Positions 5,979 through 6,141 of a DNA stretch of 6,141 nt are shown piece after piece. The stretch spans positions 1-6,141 of the forward strand of contig JAEOSH010000077.1 in NCBI GenBank assembly GCA_016840465.1, in the 5' to 3' direction. The first letter of the stretch is position 1; the number at the start of each line of letters is the position of its first letter. The DNA is from Candidatus Baldrarchaeum yapensis. GTDB taxonomy: Archaea; Asgardarchaeota; Baldrarchaeia; Baldrarchaeales; Baldrarchaeaceae. Under the pieces are notes generated by a model, which searched no databases, was not told where the DNA came from, and saw only the letters and a list, made by a program, of their open reading frames with translations. Made by a program: the position numbers and the translations under genes.

Positions 5979-6141
5979 CCGTTCTGGTTCCCAGGCTCGT
6001 GGTTGCCCGTGCGTTATCTTTTGGAAACTAAGGGTATTTTGGGAACCCGCACGGGCTTCCCCCTCGGCCGCTTCATCCCTCTCGGCGGCCCATCGGGGGC
6101 CACATCGACGAGCACCACGGAGCCCGCCTCACGTGCGTCCG
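5979..6141 (-). mobile_element. Element E3, right-end part, tail-to-tail with E2
   Basis: 5979-5990 is the exact reverse complement of E2 5947-5958 (GAACCAGAACGG). Terminal stem GGTTCCCA/TGGGAACC (6047->6040 with 5993->5986). Four co-linear sequence blocks are shared with E1. Confidence 0.65.
6127..6141 (+). repeat. Direct terminal repeat, right copy
   Basis: Identical to nucleotides 1-15. Confidence 0.97.

Noticed and set aside
6015-6035. TGGAAACTAAGGG as an archaeal origin recognition box
   Set aside because: Single partial match without the TTCCA half, no second box, no cdc6/orc gene, and it lies in an E3 loop.
5707-6126. Group I intron (IStron) or RNase P RNA
   Set aside because: No P7-type core sequences and no U at the 5' junction. 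The RNase P P4 signature is absent; TGCAACAAAA is only a superficial match.
4830-6141. CRISPR array
   Set aside because: Repeats are dispersed, inverted and irregularly spaced; no cas genes.

Overview
The window looks archaeal and anaerobic (inferred from BRE/TATA promoters, GAGGT-type Shine-Dalgarno sites and gene content). It has five intact minus-strand genes: a 2-hydroxyacid-dehydrogenase-family / LsrK-like FGGY kinase / class II aldolase operon (4773->1541), then rubrerythrin and desulfoferrodoxin (1389->405). The first and last 15 nt are identical. A frameshifted radical SAM gene has its N-terminal half at 5260-5706 and its C-terminal half at about 108-368 on the same strand, so the sequence reads as a 6126-bp circle or a collapsed tandem unit. 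The main result is three related, ORF-less, GC-rich elements of about 250 bp: E1 (4835-5102, -), E2 (5705-5958, +) and E3 (5979-6141 plus 1-~100, -, crossing the junction). E1 and E2 are bounded by GG dinucleotides and share a 40-bp left end (37/40 identical). All three have an internal TATA box, a structured region, and a terminal stem followed by AGAAC|GG. Removing E2 at its GG core restores the radical SAM reading frame. The best-fitting interpretation (inference) is a set of non-autonomous IS607-like mini-elements carrying a promoter and an omega-RNA-like scaffold. No transposase, TnpB, integrase or Rep gene is present in the window.
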